Shown: positions 41,493 to 51,901 of the stretch, in pieces
How the letters are laid out: the number at the start of each line of letters is the position of its first letter
How positions within the stretch are numbered: position 1 is the first letter of the stretch
From: Steroidobacteraceae bacterium
GTDB lineage: Bacteria; Pseudomonadota; Gammaproteobacteria; Steroidobacterales; Steroidobacteraceae
Reading direction: 5' to 3'
Assembly (NCBI GenBank): GCA_035278165.1
Contig: DATEJG010000126.1
Span: 518 to 64,517 of the forward strand
Length of the DNA: 64,000 nucleotides
Made by a program: the position numbers and the translations under genes
Notes under the pieces: generated by a model
Told to the model about the DNA's origin: nothing
Seen by the model: the letters and a program-made list of their open reading frames with translations, nothing else
Database searches by the model: none

Positions 41493-42926
41493 ATGTACGA
41501 CTTCAGAAAGTTCTTCATCGACGGCGCGTGGGTGAGCCCGGCGGGACGCCGCGAGCTCGACGTGATCAATCCGGCGACGGAACAGGCGGTCGGCAAGATC
41601 CTGCTCGGCACCGCCGAAGATGTGGATGCCGCCGTGAAGGCGGCGCGTGCCGCATTCGAGACGTTCTCCCAGACTTCGCGCGAAGAGCGCGTGGCACTGC
41701 TCGAGCGCATCATCGGCGCGTACAAGGCGCGCATGAAGGACGTCGCGGTCGCGATCTCCGACGAGATGGGCGCGCCGATGAAGCTCGCGTTGAACGCGCA
41801 AGCCGGCAGCGGCCTGGGTCATTTCATGAGCACGCTGAGCGTGCTCAAGGATTTCGAGTTCGAAGAGCAGGTCGGCACGACGCAGATCCGCCGCGAGCCG
41901 GTCGGCGTGTGCGGCCTGATCACGCCGTGGAACTGGCCGATCAACCAGATCAGCTGCAAGGTCGCGCCGGCGCTCGCGGCCGGCTGCACGGTCGTGCTGA
42001 AGCCGAGCGAGATCGCGCCGCTGAGCGCGCATCTGTTCGCCGAGATCCTCGCCGAGGCGGGCGTGCCGAAAGGCGTGTTCAATCTGGTGGACGGCGACGG
42101 GCCGACCGTAGGCGAGGCGATCTCGCGCCATCCCGACATCGACATGGTCTCGTTCACCGGCTCGACTCGCGCCGGCGTGCAGGTCGCGAAGGCCGCGGCG
42201 GACACGGTGAAGCGCGTTTCGCAGGAGCTCGGCGGCAAGTCCGCGAACATCATCCTCGAGGACGCCGACCTGAACGCCGCGGTGAAGAGCGGTGTGCTGT
42301 CGATGATGTCGAACACCGGGCAGTCGTGTAACGCGCCCTCGCGCATGCTGATTCCCGCGAAGCTGTACGACGAGGCCGTGAAGATCGCCAGGACGGTTGC
42401 GGAGAAACCGGTCGTCGGCGACCCGAAGGCCGAGGGCGTGACCATGGGCCCGGTGGCGAACAAGACGCAGTTCGAGAAGATCCAGCGGCTGTTGCAGAAG
42501 GGCGTGGAGGAAGGCGCGACCGTCGTCATCGGCGGGCCCGGGCGGCCGACCGGCCTCGCCAAGGGCTACTTCGTCAGGCCGACCGTGTTCGCCAACGTGA
42601 ACAACGCGATGACCATCGCGCGCGAGGAGATCTTCGGACCGGTGCTGGTGATGATTCCCTATCGCGACGAAGCCGAAGCCGTGCGCATCGCCAACGACAC
42701 GGTGTACGGGCTGTCGGGATACGTGTACTCGGGCAACATCGACAACGCCCGCCGCGTGGCGCGCCGGCTGCGCACCGGCATGGTCCACCTCAACGGTGCG
42801 CCGACGGACGTGAATGCGCCGTTCGGCGGTTACAAGCAATCCGGTAACGGTCGCGAATGGGGCCGCGAAGGCCTGAAGGAATTTCTCGAGACCAAGGCAG
42901 TGATGGGCTATTCCAGCGCTGCCTGA
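41493..42926 (+). CDS. Aldehyde dehydrogenase family protein
   Basis: ITPWNWP, LKPSE, SFTGST, ELGGKS, GQSCNA, EEIFGPV, PFGGYKQSG; GGAGG RBS. Confidence 0.93.
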   Translation: MYDFRKFFIDGAWVSPAGRRELDVINPATEQAVGKILLGTAEDVDAAVKAARAAFETFSQTSREERVALLERIIGAYKARMKDVAVAISDEMGAPMKLALNAQAGSGLGHFMSTLSVLKDFEFEEQVGTTQIRREPVGVCGLITPWNWPINQISCKVAPALAAGCTVVLKPSEIAPLSAHLFAEILAEAGVPKGVFNLVDGDGPTVGEAISRHPDIDMVSFTGSTRAGVQVAKAAADTVKRVSQELGGKSANIILEDADLNAAVKSGVLSMMSNTGQSCNAPSRMLIPAKLYDEAVKIARTVAEKPVVGDPKAEGVTMGPVANKTQFEKIQRLLQKGVEEGATVVIGGPGRPTGLAKGYFVRPTVFANVNNAMTIAREEIFGPVLVMIPYRDEAEAVRIANDTVYGLSGYVYSGNIDNARRVARRLRTGMVHLNGAPTDVNAPFGGYKQSGNGREWGREGLKEFLETKAVMGYSSAA

Positions 42927-42947
42927 TCGCCGTCAGCGACGAACCCG

Positions 42948-43643
42948 TCACTTCCGATACTGAACCGGACCCGCCGCCGGATCGACCGGCGGCAGCTGCA
43001 CCGTCTCGCGGTCGAACACGCGCCTGATCTTCATGCCGGCGAGCTCGCTGTCGCCGGACCACTTCATCTCGTACTCGAGCTGGCCGGTCTTCGGCGCCAG
43101 CCGGAATTTCTCGACCACGTGCGGCCCCTGACGCACGGTGCGGTCGATCACGAACCACTGGCCGTCCCAGCCGACGTTGGAATCGGCCAGCTCGCCCTCG
43201 GGCATCGACACCTGGGTGCGCGAGCCGGCGACCACGCGGCGCGACTCGACCGCGGACGTGAAGTCGAGCGTCGCACCCTCCTGGCGGATCGTCAGCGTGT
43301 CCGAGATCGCCAGCATCTTGAAGACGTTTTCCATGTGGCGCTTGATCGAGGCGCGCCGTGCCGAGCTCGGCTCACGCGGCGAGCCGCCCGCATCGACGTC
43401 GATCGGCGGCACCGCGCCCGGCGGGTAGCTGCGCTCCTGCTGACGGCGCCACCGCATGTAGCGCTCGCGTTCCACGCGCTGGCGTTCCTCCAGCATGTGC
43501 TGCGCGTCGTCGCTGAGTGCGGCGTTCAGTTTCCAGCTGCCGCTCAGATCGGTACCGCGCGACGAAACTGCATCGAGCGCCAAAGCGCTGAATGCCGCGC
43601 AGCCCGACAGCGCGAATGCGAGGAAGCGGACGCGAATGGACAC
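42948..43643 (-). CDS. Exported hypothetical protein (possible lipocalin-like barrel)
   Basis: Signal peptide, DLSGSWKLN (GxW), charged helical insert, beta-rich C-terminus; GTG start estimated. Confidence 0.55.
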   Translation of the reverse strand: MSIRVRFLAFALSGCAAFSALALDAVSSRGTDLSGSWKLNAALSDDAQHMLEERQRVERERYMRWRRQQERSYPPGAVPPIDVDAGGSPREPSSARRASIKRHMENVFKMLAISDTLTIRQEGATLDFTSAVESRRVVAGSRTQVSMPEGELADSNVGWDGQWFVIDRTVRQGPHVVEKFRLAPKTGQLEYEMKWSGDSELAGMKIRRVFDRETVQLPPVDPAAGPVQYRK

Positions 43644-43738
43644 GAGCGGAGTTCTTGGACACGCAGGACTGGGTTGCGCGCACTCTAGCAGCGATTCCAG
43701 CCGTGCGCCCACCTTGTCACAGAGGCCCGCTGCGACGC

Positions 43739-45865
43739 TCAGCGCACGGTGAAAAGGATGCGGTCGACCAGCCGGCCATTCGCATCCTGAAGCTCCAGCA
43801 GATGCGAGCCGGGCTGCGGCGTCCACAGCAGCGAGCCCCCCGCCGACGCGAGCCGCTTGCCGTTGAGCTGCAGCTGCATCTTCGCAGTCGCGCCCTCGGC
43901 GCTGATCAGCACCTTCTGATGGGCAGGCGGAATGTCCGGATCGGAAGCGATCACCATCCCGTTCGCCGGCGTGACGATGCGCGCGATCTGCGCGGCACGA
44001 GCGATCGTCGCTACTGCATCCGGCTGCTGTTGCCCGGCGAGGAACCACTCGCGTCGACGGGGCTCGACTGCCGGCTCGAACGTAGCGGCCGTCGCGATCA
44101 CACCTGCAGGCGGCTGCGGCGCAACCGAGGCCACGTTCTGATGCAAGGCGCTCATGATCTCGCGCCACACCGGCGCCGCACCTGTCACGCCGCTGACGTC
44201 ATGCATCGCGTCGCCCTCGAAGTTGCCGACCCACACGGCGACCGTGTAGCGCGACGAGAAGCCGATGCACCAGTTGTCGCGCATGTCCTTGCTGGTGCCG
44301 GTCTTCGCCGCGCTCCAGAAGGGCGTGTTGAGATGATTGTCCATGCCGAACGTCAGGGCGCGCGCCGCAGGATCACTGAGGATGTCGCTGACGATGAACG
44401 CCGCATCCGCCGGCAGCAGGCTCGACTGCGGCTGCACGGATTCATCCGTGAGGACGCGCAACGGCGACCAGCGGCCGCCCGCCGCGAGCGCGCGATAAGC
44501 CTGCGCCTGCTGCCACAACGTCACCTCCGCCGAGCCGAGCGCCAGCGAGTAACCGTAGAAGTCGCCTGCCTCCTTGATCTGCACATACCCCAGCGCGTTC
44601 AGGCGATCGCGGAACGGCTCGACTCCGACCAGCACGAGCGTGCGCACCGCAGGGATGTTCAGCGAGCTGCCGAGCGCCGTGCGCACGCTGACCAGGCCTT
44701 TGAAGTCCTTGTCGTAGTCCTGCGGAATGTAGGCGCCCGTCGCAGTGTCGAGATGTACGGGCGAATCCTTGAGCAGCGATGCCGCGGTGATATAGCGGCG
44801 TTCCAGCGCCAGCTCGTAGAGGAACGGCTTCAGTGTCGAGCCCGCCTGGCGCAAGGCGCGAACACCGTCCACTTCGCGCGAGCGGGAGCGCGGGCCCGCC
44901 GATCCCACGTAGGCCAGCACGTCGCCAGTCGCGTTGTCTGCGACGAGCACGGCGCCGTCGCGGACATTGCGATCGTACAAGGAGCCCAGCTGCTGACCGA
45001 GAATGTCGCGCGCGAGTCGCTGCACGCCGGCGTCGAGTGTCGTCTGCACACGTTCGCCGGCAACGCGCAGCTTCGTATTCGCCAGTTGCGGGGCGAGCTG
45101 CGGCACGGGCGGCGAATCGACGCCATGAGTCAACAGCAACGTCGCTGCTGCCTGCAGCTCATCACAGCTTGCAACCATTTTCGCAGCAAGCGCCCGACCG
45201 CATGCACGCGCCGCGATGCGCTCCGGAGCGCCGTTCGGCTCCGGCAAGAGCGCCGCGATCACCAGGCTCTCCGGCAACGACAAGCCCGACGGCACCTTGC
45301 CCGCGAGCAGATGCGCTGTCGCGCCGATGCCCTGCAGCTCGCCGCGAAAATACGCGAGATTCAGATACGCCTCGAGGATCTGCTCCTTGCTCCAACGCTT
45401 CTCGATAGCCAGCGCCAGCCGTACCTGATTGCGCTTGTGCCGCCACGCCGACGGTCCTTTGCGCGAGTGCGGTCGAGACTCCAGGAGAGAGGCAACCTGC
45501 ATGGTGATCGTGCTCGCGCCGCGCGCTCGCCCGCGCAGAAATCGATCACGTGCCGCGCCGGCGACGCTGCGCCAGTCGATCCCACTATGTTCGCGGAAGC
45601 GCGCGTCTTCGCCGCGTACGACTGCCGCGACGAGCGCTGGAGAAACGGCGGTCAGCGGTTGCCACTCGAAGCGCCTGACGTCGAGGTTGATGCGGCTCGT
45701 GTCCAGTACGACGCCGTTGCGGTCGAGCATGAAGGCATCGGAAGGCGTGAAGCTCGCGCGCACGGTGGCGAAGTCCGGTGCGCGCGCAGGCCACGCCAGC
45801 ACGAGCACGGCCGTGATGACCGATGCCGCGAGCGAGCCAAGCGCCATTCGCATGCGTCGGCTCAC
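43739..45865 (-). CDS. pbpC: Penicillin-binding protein 1C
   Basis: EDARF, RGASTITMQ, LEAYLN transglycosylase motifs; GSTLKP (SxxK), SLN (SxN), KTGT; downstream of alpha-2-macroglobulin. Confidence 0.92.
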   Translation of the reverse strand: MSRRMRMALGSLAASVITAVLVLAWPARAPDFATVRASFTPSDAFMLDRNGVVLDTSRINLDVRRFEWQPLTAVSPALVAAVVRGEDARFREHSGIDWRSVAGAARDRFLRGRARGASTITMQVASLLESRPHSRKGPSAWRHKRNQVRLALAIEKRWSKEQILEAYLNLAYFRGELQGIGATAHLLAGKVPSGLSLPESLVIAALLPEPNGAPERIAARACGRALAAKMVASCDELQAAATLLLTHGVDSPPVPQLAPQLANTKLRVAGERVQTTLDAGVQRLARDILGQQLGSLYDRNVRDGAVLVADNATGDVLAYVGSAGPRSRSREVDGVRALRQAGSTLKPFLYELALERRYITAASLLKDSPVHLDTATGAYIPQDYDKDFKGLVSVRTALGSSLNIPAVRTLVLVGVEPFRDRLNALGYVQIKEAGDFYGYSLALGSAEVTLWQQAQAYRALAAGGRWSPLRVLTDESVQPQSSLLPADAAFIVSDILSDPAARALTFGMDNHLNTPFWSAAKTGTSKDMRDNWCIGFSSRYTVAVWVGNFEGDAMHDVSGVTGAAPVWREIMSALHQNVASVAPQPPAGVIATAATFEPAVEPRRREWFLAGQQQPDAVATIARAAQIARIVTPANGMVIASDPDIPPAHQKVLISAEGATAKMQLQLNGKRLASAGGSLLWTPQPGSHLLELQDANGRLVDRILFTVR

Positions 45866-48800
45866 GGCTGCGCCTCCACCGTGACCGCTGCGTTCGGCGA
45901 CTCGCCGAACATCTCCGGCGCGTACATCGCCTCGACGCGCGTCGCCGGCAGCAGGAACTCGCCGGGATTATTGAGACGCAGCGTGTACTCGACGACCCAG
46001 CGTCCCTTGGGCACGTAGCGATAGTAAGCACGGAAAGAATCGAACCGTCGCTCCTCGAACGCGAGCCACGCGTAGCCTTCGCGACGCTCTTCGCGCGTCA
46101 GCAGCGCCGACTGGCCGCCGAGACCGCTCCCCATGACGGTCGCGCCGCCAGGGATCGGATCTTCCACTGCCACCCACGCCATGTCGGACTGCGCTTCGAT
46201 CTCGAGCCTGACGCGCGCGACGTCACCGCGCGTCCAGCGACCGGCGACCTGCTGATCCACCGGCGTCACGCTGCGCGTGATCTTGTAGCCCGACGAAAGC
46301 GGCTTGCGCAGCGGCAGCGCCGCTGTGGCGCGGATCATGACCCAAGGCTGGCCCGCGCCTTCGTGGCTCACGTCGAGCGATGCCGGTCCGTCCTGCCACG
46401 GCAGATCGACTTGCTTGCTGTTGCTCTGCCGGGGCCACGTGATCCGCGTCTGCTGCGAGCCGTAGCGGATCCCGGAGGAACCGCTGACCGGCGTGGACTC
46501 GAACGCCGCCGAGAACTTCTCCATCGCCAGCACGCCGAGCGCATTGGCAACCGTCGTGTTCCAGTGCCCGCGCTGCTGCCTGCCGAGCGAGCCGCGCACC
46601 AGCCGCGGGATGTCCTCGCGCCATTGCGGCTCGTCGAGCACCGACATCAGCATGCGGTTGGCATTGGAGTCGGCGGAAATCATCAACCACCACAGCGCGT
46701 CGCTGTGCTCGGTCGAGAAGCCCATGGTGGTGCCCTGGAAGTTGAGGCGCGTGCGCAGAATCTGCAGCGCCGCCTTGCGACGATCATCGCCGCGCGCGAT
46801 CCCTTTCACGCGCTTCAGGATGTCGATCCAGTCGAGCACTGCAGAGGTCGGCCATATGTCCGGTTGCAGCTGGATGCTGTCGAGCATCTGCGGCGGTGCG
46901 GCCTCGTAGCGCGCAAGCGCAGCGATGGCTGCGAGCTTGCGGATCGCCAGGTCGGCGGTTGGCAGCGCCGAGCGACGCACGATCCTGCCCGCGACGAAGC
47001 GCGTGAGTGCGTCGATCATCCGCCGCTGATCTGCTTCGGCGATCTGCCAGCCGGCTTCGTGCGCCAGCACGAGAACGTAGGCTGTAAGCGCGTCATCGCC
47101 TTCGAGACGGTCCGTCGGGAAGTATTTCAGCAGGCCGTCCGCATCCATGTATGCCGGCAGTCGCGCACTCGATGCGAGCCAGAGCGACTCATTGCGCAAC
47201 GCGACTGCCTGCGACAGCCGCTGCTCGATGCACGTGAACGGATACCAGCTCATGTACTCGCGCACGCCGTCCAGCCCGTCGCCGAGCTTCGCACGCAGGG
47301 TCACTTCTAGACCGCCGCGCCCCTTCACTGCATCAGCCGGGCGCTCAGCCGGGAGCGAGAGCGGCGCGGCGAGTTGCGCAATCGTCGCCTGGTACGTGCG
47401 CACCGGGTACGCAGGGATGACCGATTGCGTGAGCCTGATCTTGTCGCCGGCAGTGCCGTTGACTTCCCGCGCAGCGACCTCCCACTTCAGCTGCTCGACT
47501 CCGACGGGCGCCGTCACGCGCCACACGACGTCGCGCGCGTGACCCGCGGGAATCTCCACGCGCTGCGGCGCCAGTGTCGGTGCGCGATCGAGTGCCAGTC
47601 GCGCCTGTGCATCGACGGTCAGCGCACGATTCGTGGTGTTGCGCAGCGTGAATGTCGCAGCATAACGGTCGCCTTCACGCACGAGCGGCGCAAGCCCCGA
47701 CATGAGGATCAGGTCCTGCGTCGTATTGATCGTCGCCGAGCCTGTACCAAAGAGATGCGCTGCGCCGTTCGCCACCGCCACGATGCGGAACGACGTCAAC
47801 GAGTCGTTCAACGTGACCGGCACGACCGCGTTGCCCTGGCCGTCGAGCTTCACACGTCCCTTCCACAACAGCAGGCTGTCGAACTGCTCGCGGGCGCGAT
47901 CGCGCTCACGACCGCCACCGCCGCCGTGCGGCGCGGCCTTGCGTCCATAGTGACGCTTGCCCACAACTTGCATCTGCGCTGTGGAGGTCCAGACTTCCAC
48001 GCCGCGCTCGCCCATCATCGCGGCCAGCAGATCCCACGAGGGATTCGGCGACAGCTCGAGCAGCGCCTCGTCCACGACCGCGACGGCGATCTCGCTGTCC
48101 GCAGGCAGCACCGCGCCGTCCTCGCGCTCGACGTGCACGTTCACCGTCGCCTTTTCCGCGACCTCGAGCACCTTCTTCTGCGGCGTCACCGTGACGTTGA
48201 GCCGATGCGGCTTCCAGCCGACATTGATCTTGGCCATGCCGAGCCGGTACGCAGGCTTGTTCAGATCCACGAGCGCCGTCACGGCTTCGCGCTGCGACTT
48301 GCCGCCCGACAGCACTCCAACCCGGCCGCGCACGGCGAGCACCGCGACGAACACGTTCGGCGCGTAGCTGTCGGCGATGGGCACTTCGATGACCGGCATC
48401 TGGCCCTTCAGCCGCGTGACGAAGCTGGACAGCACGCCCTCGCGCTCCACCGTCACGAGCGCAGTGGCCTGACGGAACGGCATGCGCACCTGAAAGCGCG
48501 CCGTCTCTCCGGCCGAGTACTCCTTCTTCTCCGGCAGCAAGTCCATGCGGTCGCCTTGCGTGCCGCCGAACCACCAGTCGTCCTTGCCCGCCACCCAGAA
48601 CGATGTCGTCGCACCCGCGACGTTGTGCTCCGCGTCGACTGTTTCGGCGCGCGCCACCACTTCGCCGCTGATGCCCGGCGCGACGTCGCAGATCAGCAGG
48701 CCCTGCTCGTTCGTCTGGCCTTTGCAGGTCGCCGCGAGCCTGGTGGTCTCACGCGTCGTCTCGTACGCGTAGAAGCCGCCGATGAGACGCTTGCGATACG

Positions 48801-51639
48801 AATACGCGCTCGATCGGTAAAGCGCGACCTGGACCGGCTGCTGCGCGCGCGGCTTGCCGTCCAGGTCCAGCACCACGACGCGGAAGCGCAATTGCTCTTC
48901 GCTCGCCACCCAGGCTTCCGGGCGAATGCCGACGCTGAGGGCGGCGGGCACGAGTCGCACGCGACCGGTCGCAGTCAACAGCTCGCCGTTAGCGTCCTCG
49001 TATTCGAGCTCGGCGGTGAGCTGACTGGCGGCCTGCAACTGCGGCAGATCGCCGACCGTGACCCGCGCGGCGCCTTCGCCATCGAGCGTAATCGGCAGCA
49101 CCTGCACTTTGCCGGGCTGCGCCGGCGGCTCGGCCGAGTCTTCGTAGAAGTAGGAGTCGTCACCGGTCACGATGCCTTCGCGCACGGCGCCGCCGCCAAA
49201 TCGATAGTCGTCGTAGCCCGCGTAGGAGACCGCTGCCGGCTCGACGACAGTTCGCAGCTTGGCCGGCAAACCCGCCGCGCCGCCGCCAGACATGTAAGCG
49301 ACGTGCAGATCGAGCACCGCGGACTTCTGCCGCACCAGCGGCCGCGGCGAGCCGATGACGCTGGCGCGCATCGACGGCAGCCGGAACTGCTCGACCTTGA
49401 AGCTCGCGCTCTGCCGCGGGTAGCCGTCGACGATCGACACCGAGTAGTCGCCGAGCTTCGCCTCGGCCGGAATCGTCCACTCGCTTTCAGCGATGCCGTC
49501 CGCGCCGAAGCCCGCATCGAGCTCGTACTTCTGGCCGCTCCCCAGGTGCATGATCGCGACCTTGCGAGTCGTCGGCAGCGGCTCAGGCAGCACGATCCCC
49601 GGCGACGCGTGCCGCCGCAGGAAATGCTTCATCGAGACCTTCTCGCCGGCGCGGAACAGCGCGCGGTCGAGCACGGTGTGATAGATGTCTGCGTTCCACT
49701 CGCCGCCGGTGTTCAGACCGAAGCGGTCGGGCGTGATGCCCTGGTTCCAGGACGACAGCGTGAAAGCGAAGTCTGCGTCGCGCTGCGCGAGCACGAGCAG
49801 GGGCACCACGCGATCCGACCAGCATCCATCGGCGTTGTGCGGCTCGCCGAAGGAATCGGCGATTGCGGCCAGACCGTCGGCGCCGGTTTTCCCCTGCCAG
49901 AGGATGGCGCGCCGACAATAGTCGACGATGGTGATCGCGGCGCCCGCCACGGGCTGGCCGTCGTCGAGCTGTGTCACCCATGCAGTGGAGCTCTCGCGTC
50001 CCCAGTTGAAGTGCACCGACAGGTTGGTGACGAGCGCACCGGTCGTGACGTAACGCAGCTGATCGCGACCCAGCAGCGAGCGCCCCAGCGCGCGACTGCC
50101 GATCTCGACGACGTAGAAGCCCGGCTTGCGCAGAGGGATGCCGATCACCTCGGCAGGCTTGCCGCCCGCGGGCTTCTTCAGTGTGAAGGCTGTCGTCTGA
50201 TCCGCGGCTGCGAACACCGAGCTGGTGCCGGTCGCCTCGCGCCAGACAGTGCTTTGCCCGTCTTCGGCGGGCTGCTCGCCGGGCGCGGGCGCAATCCATT
50301 CTCCGGCGCTGCGATTCGCGTTCGCGACGCGCTGCAGCCAGTCGGCGATCGCAGCGGGATCGGCGTCGACGCGCAGCATCTTCGCCGGCAGATCCGGCTG
50401 CTGTCCGCCGAACTCGGCTTCGACGTTGCGCAGCGTCACCGGCAGCACGCCGCCCTGCTTCGCTTCGAGAATGCCGAAATCGGCGGCGAACCTGGCGAGC
50501 GCGGGGAATGCGTCGATGCGCAGCTCGAGCGGAAAGCGCGCCGCATTGCTCAGCGGCCGACCGGAGTCGTCGACGATGCCGGCGGGCAGCATGACGATTG
50601 CAGTCGACTCTTCGGGAAACGGCCCGCTGAACGCGACGCGCTCGAGCGTCGGCGCGGACTTCGAGTCCTTGTCTTCGGGACTGAGCACCTCGCCGTCGCT
50701 GGTCTTGATGCGGACGCCGAGCGCCAGGTCGCGAGGCACGGGCGACGCGAAGCTCACGACGACCGGTTGCGTCGGCGTACACCCAGCGCGTGCGTTGGCG
50801 CGCGTGCACTCGACCTGTACCGTGAAGGCCGGACGTACTTTGAACGCCAGCTGCTGGTCCTGTGTCGTCGCGATGCCGGAGAGCGTGGCAATGCCCGCAC
50901 CCCAGTTCAGGCGCACCTGCGTCGCCGGAGGCAATCGGCGCTTGCACCGAACCACTGCGATGCTCTGCTCAGCCTGATCCAGCTCGTCGCCTCGAAGGCG
51001 TGCGTGCGTTACTGCTCCGTTCTTCCACAGCAACTGGAAGTACTGATAGCCGAGCAGGCGACGCGCCTTGAGGACTGCGGCGCGCTCCTCGCCAGAGAGC
51101 ACGTCGACTCCAATCCGCTCCTCGATCCCCTGCACGACGCACTGGGCGTGCTCTTCGATGGACTGTGGGCTCGCGGCGGCGTCGAGACGCAGCAGGAAGA
51201 CCTGCTCCTCGTCGATCGCTTCCCACCCTTCGCGCGGATACGAAGCCGCGATGCCGGGCCCGCCGGTGTCGAAGGAGAACTTGCGCGTGCCGGTCAACTC
51301 ACCGCCTGCGGCCGTCCGCAGCTGCGGCCGCAACGTGAAGGTGCAGCGCAGTCCCGCGGGCAGGTCCTCATCGAAGTCATAGACCCAGTTGCGTGGATCG
51401 GCCCAGCGCCCCTGGCCGGGGCCGCCGGGGCATTGCACGTCGAACGGATCAGGAAGACGCGGATCGCCGAGCGTCACGATCGGCGCGGTAAAGCGCGCGG
51501 TCACCTGCCGGACCTGCCGCGCGGTACCCTGCGGAGAGAACAGCTCGACCTGCGCCGACGGGGCGCGCGCTTCCTGCGCAAGCAGCGGCAGCGCGACGAG
51601 TTGCACCAGGAGACCGATCCACAGCCCAGGGATGCGCAT
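45862..51639 (-). CDS. Bacterial alpha-2-macroglobulin (MG2 domain protein)
   Basis: About 1925 aa; signal peptide, DRALFRAGEKV, FKVEQFRLP, NDSLTSFRIVA, YPFTCIEQ thioester motif, PATRVEAMYAPE. Confidence 0.92.
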   Translation of the reverse strand: MRIPGLWIGLLVQLVALPLLAQEARAPSAQVELFSPQGTARQVRQVTARFTAPIVTLGDPRLPDPFDVQCPGGPGQGRWADPRNWVYDFDEDLPAGLRCTFTLRPQLRTAAGGELTGTRKFSFDTGGPGIAASYPREGWEAIDEEQVFLLRLDAAASPQSIEEHAQCVVQGIEERIGVDVLSGEERAAVLKARRLLGYQYFQLLWKNGAVTHARLRGDELDQAEQSIAVVRCKRRLPPATQVRLNWGAGIATLSGIATTQDQQLAFKVRPAFTVQVECTRANARAGCTPTQPVVVSFASPVPRDLALGVRIKTSDGEVLSPEDKDSKSAPTLERVAFSGPFPEESTAIVMLPAGIVDDSGRPLSNAARFPLELRIDAFPALARFAADFGILEAKQGGVLPVTLRNVEAEFGGQQPDLPAKMLRVDADPAAIADWLQRVANANRSAGEWIAPAPGEQPAEDGQSTVWREATGTSSVFAAADQTTAFTLKKPAGGKPAEVIGIPLRKPGFYVVEIGSRALGRSLLGRDQLRYVTTGALVTNLSVHFNWGRESSTAWVTQLDDGQPVAGAAITIVDYCRRAILWQGKTGADGLAAIADSFGEPHNADGCWSDRVVPLLVLAQRDADFAFTLSSWNQGITPDRFGLNTGGEWNADIYHTVLDRALFRAGEKVSMKHFLRRHASPGIVLPEPLPTTRKVAIMHLGSGQKYELDAGFGADGIAESEWTIPAEAKLGDYSVSIVDGYPRQSASFKVEQFRLPSMRASVIGSPRPLVRQKSAVLDLHVAYMSGGGAAGLPAKLRTVVEPAAVSYAGYDDYRFGGGAVREGIVTGDDSYFYEDSAEPPAQPGKVQVLPITLDGEGAARVTVGDLPQLQAASQLTAELEYEDANGELLTATGRVRLVPAALSVGIRPEAWVASEEQLRFRVVVLDLDGKPRAQQPVQVALYRSSAYSYRKRLIGGFYAYETTRETTRLAATCKGQTNEQGLLICDVAPGISGEVVARAETVDAEHNVAGATTSFWVAGKDDWWFGGTQGDRMDLLPEKKEYSAGETARFQVRMPFRQATALVTVEREGVLSSFVTRLKGQMPVIEVPIADSYAPNVFVAVLAVRGRVGVLSGGKSQREAVTALVDLNKPAYRLGMAKINVGWKPHRLNVTVTPQKKVLEVAEKATVNVHVEREDGAVLPADSEIAVAVVDEALLELSPNPSWDLLAAMMGERGVEVWTSTAQMQVVGKRHYGRKAAPHGGGGGRERDRAREQFDSLLLWKGRVKLDGQGNAVVPVTLNDSLTSFRIVAVANGAAHLFGTGSATINTTQDLILMSGLAPLVREGDRYAATFTLRNTTNRALTVDAQARLALDRAPTLAPQRVEIPAGHARDVVWRVTAPVGVEQLKWEVAAREVNGTAGDKIRLTQSVIPAYPVRTYQATIAQLAAPLSLPAERPADAVKGRGGLEVTLRAKLGDGLDGVREYMSWYPFTCIEQRLSQAVALRNESLWLASSARLPAYMDADGLLKYFPTDRLEGDDALTAYVLVLAHEAGWQIAEADQRRMIDALTRFVAGRIVRRSALPTADLAIRKLAAIAALARYEAAPPQMLDSIQLQPDIWPTSAVLDWIDILKRVKGIARGDDRRKAALQILRTRLNFQGTTMGFSTEHSDALWWLMISADSNANRMLMSVLDEPQWREDIPRLVRGSLGRQQRGHWNTTVANALGVLAMEKFSAAFESTPVSGSSGIRYGSQQTRITWPRQSNSKQVDLPWQDGPASLDVSHEGAGQPWVMIRATAALPLRKPLSSGYKITRSVTPVDQQVAGRWTRGDVARVRLEIEAQSDMAWVAVEDPIPGGATVMGSGLGGQSALLTREERREGYAWLAFEERRFDSFRAYYRYVPKGRWVVEYTLRLNNPGEFLLPATRVEAMYAPEMFGESPNAAVTVEAQP

Positions 51640-51775
51640 GATCCGCGAACCTCGAATTCTTATTCGGACTGAGGCGAAGCGTGCCTCACGCCGGGCGGCG
51701 CCGCCGTGACGCTTCCGGTCATGCCGCTGACGAATCGTGGCAATTTGTGGAGGGTGTGCCACCGCTCCGGTGGAA

Positions 51776-51849
51776 TGGAGCGGGTGATGGGAATCGAACC
51801 CACGTTAGTAGCTTGGGAAGCTACAGTTCTACCATTGAACTACACCCGC
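51776..51849 (-). tRNA. tRNA-Gly (CCC)
   Basis: GCGGGTGTAGTTCAATGGTAGAAC...TTCCCAA anticodon loop...GGTTCGATTCCC...CCCGCTCCA; 74 nt with encoded CCA. Confidence 0.97.
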
Positions 51850-51901
51850 GTTCCGGCTTGATTCTATGCAGCGCGCCGCCCAACCGGCAAGCTACGCCCC
51901 C

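Noticed and set aside
51700-51849. tRNA-Gly as an integration site for an island carrying a2M-pbpC
   Set aside because: No integrase is present, and I saw no duplicated tRNA 3' end (att site) in the window; flanking genes are ordinary chromosomal genes.
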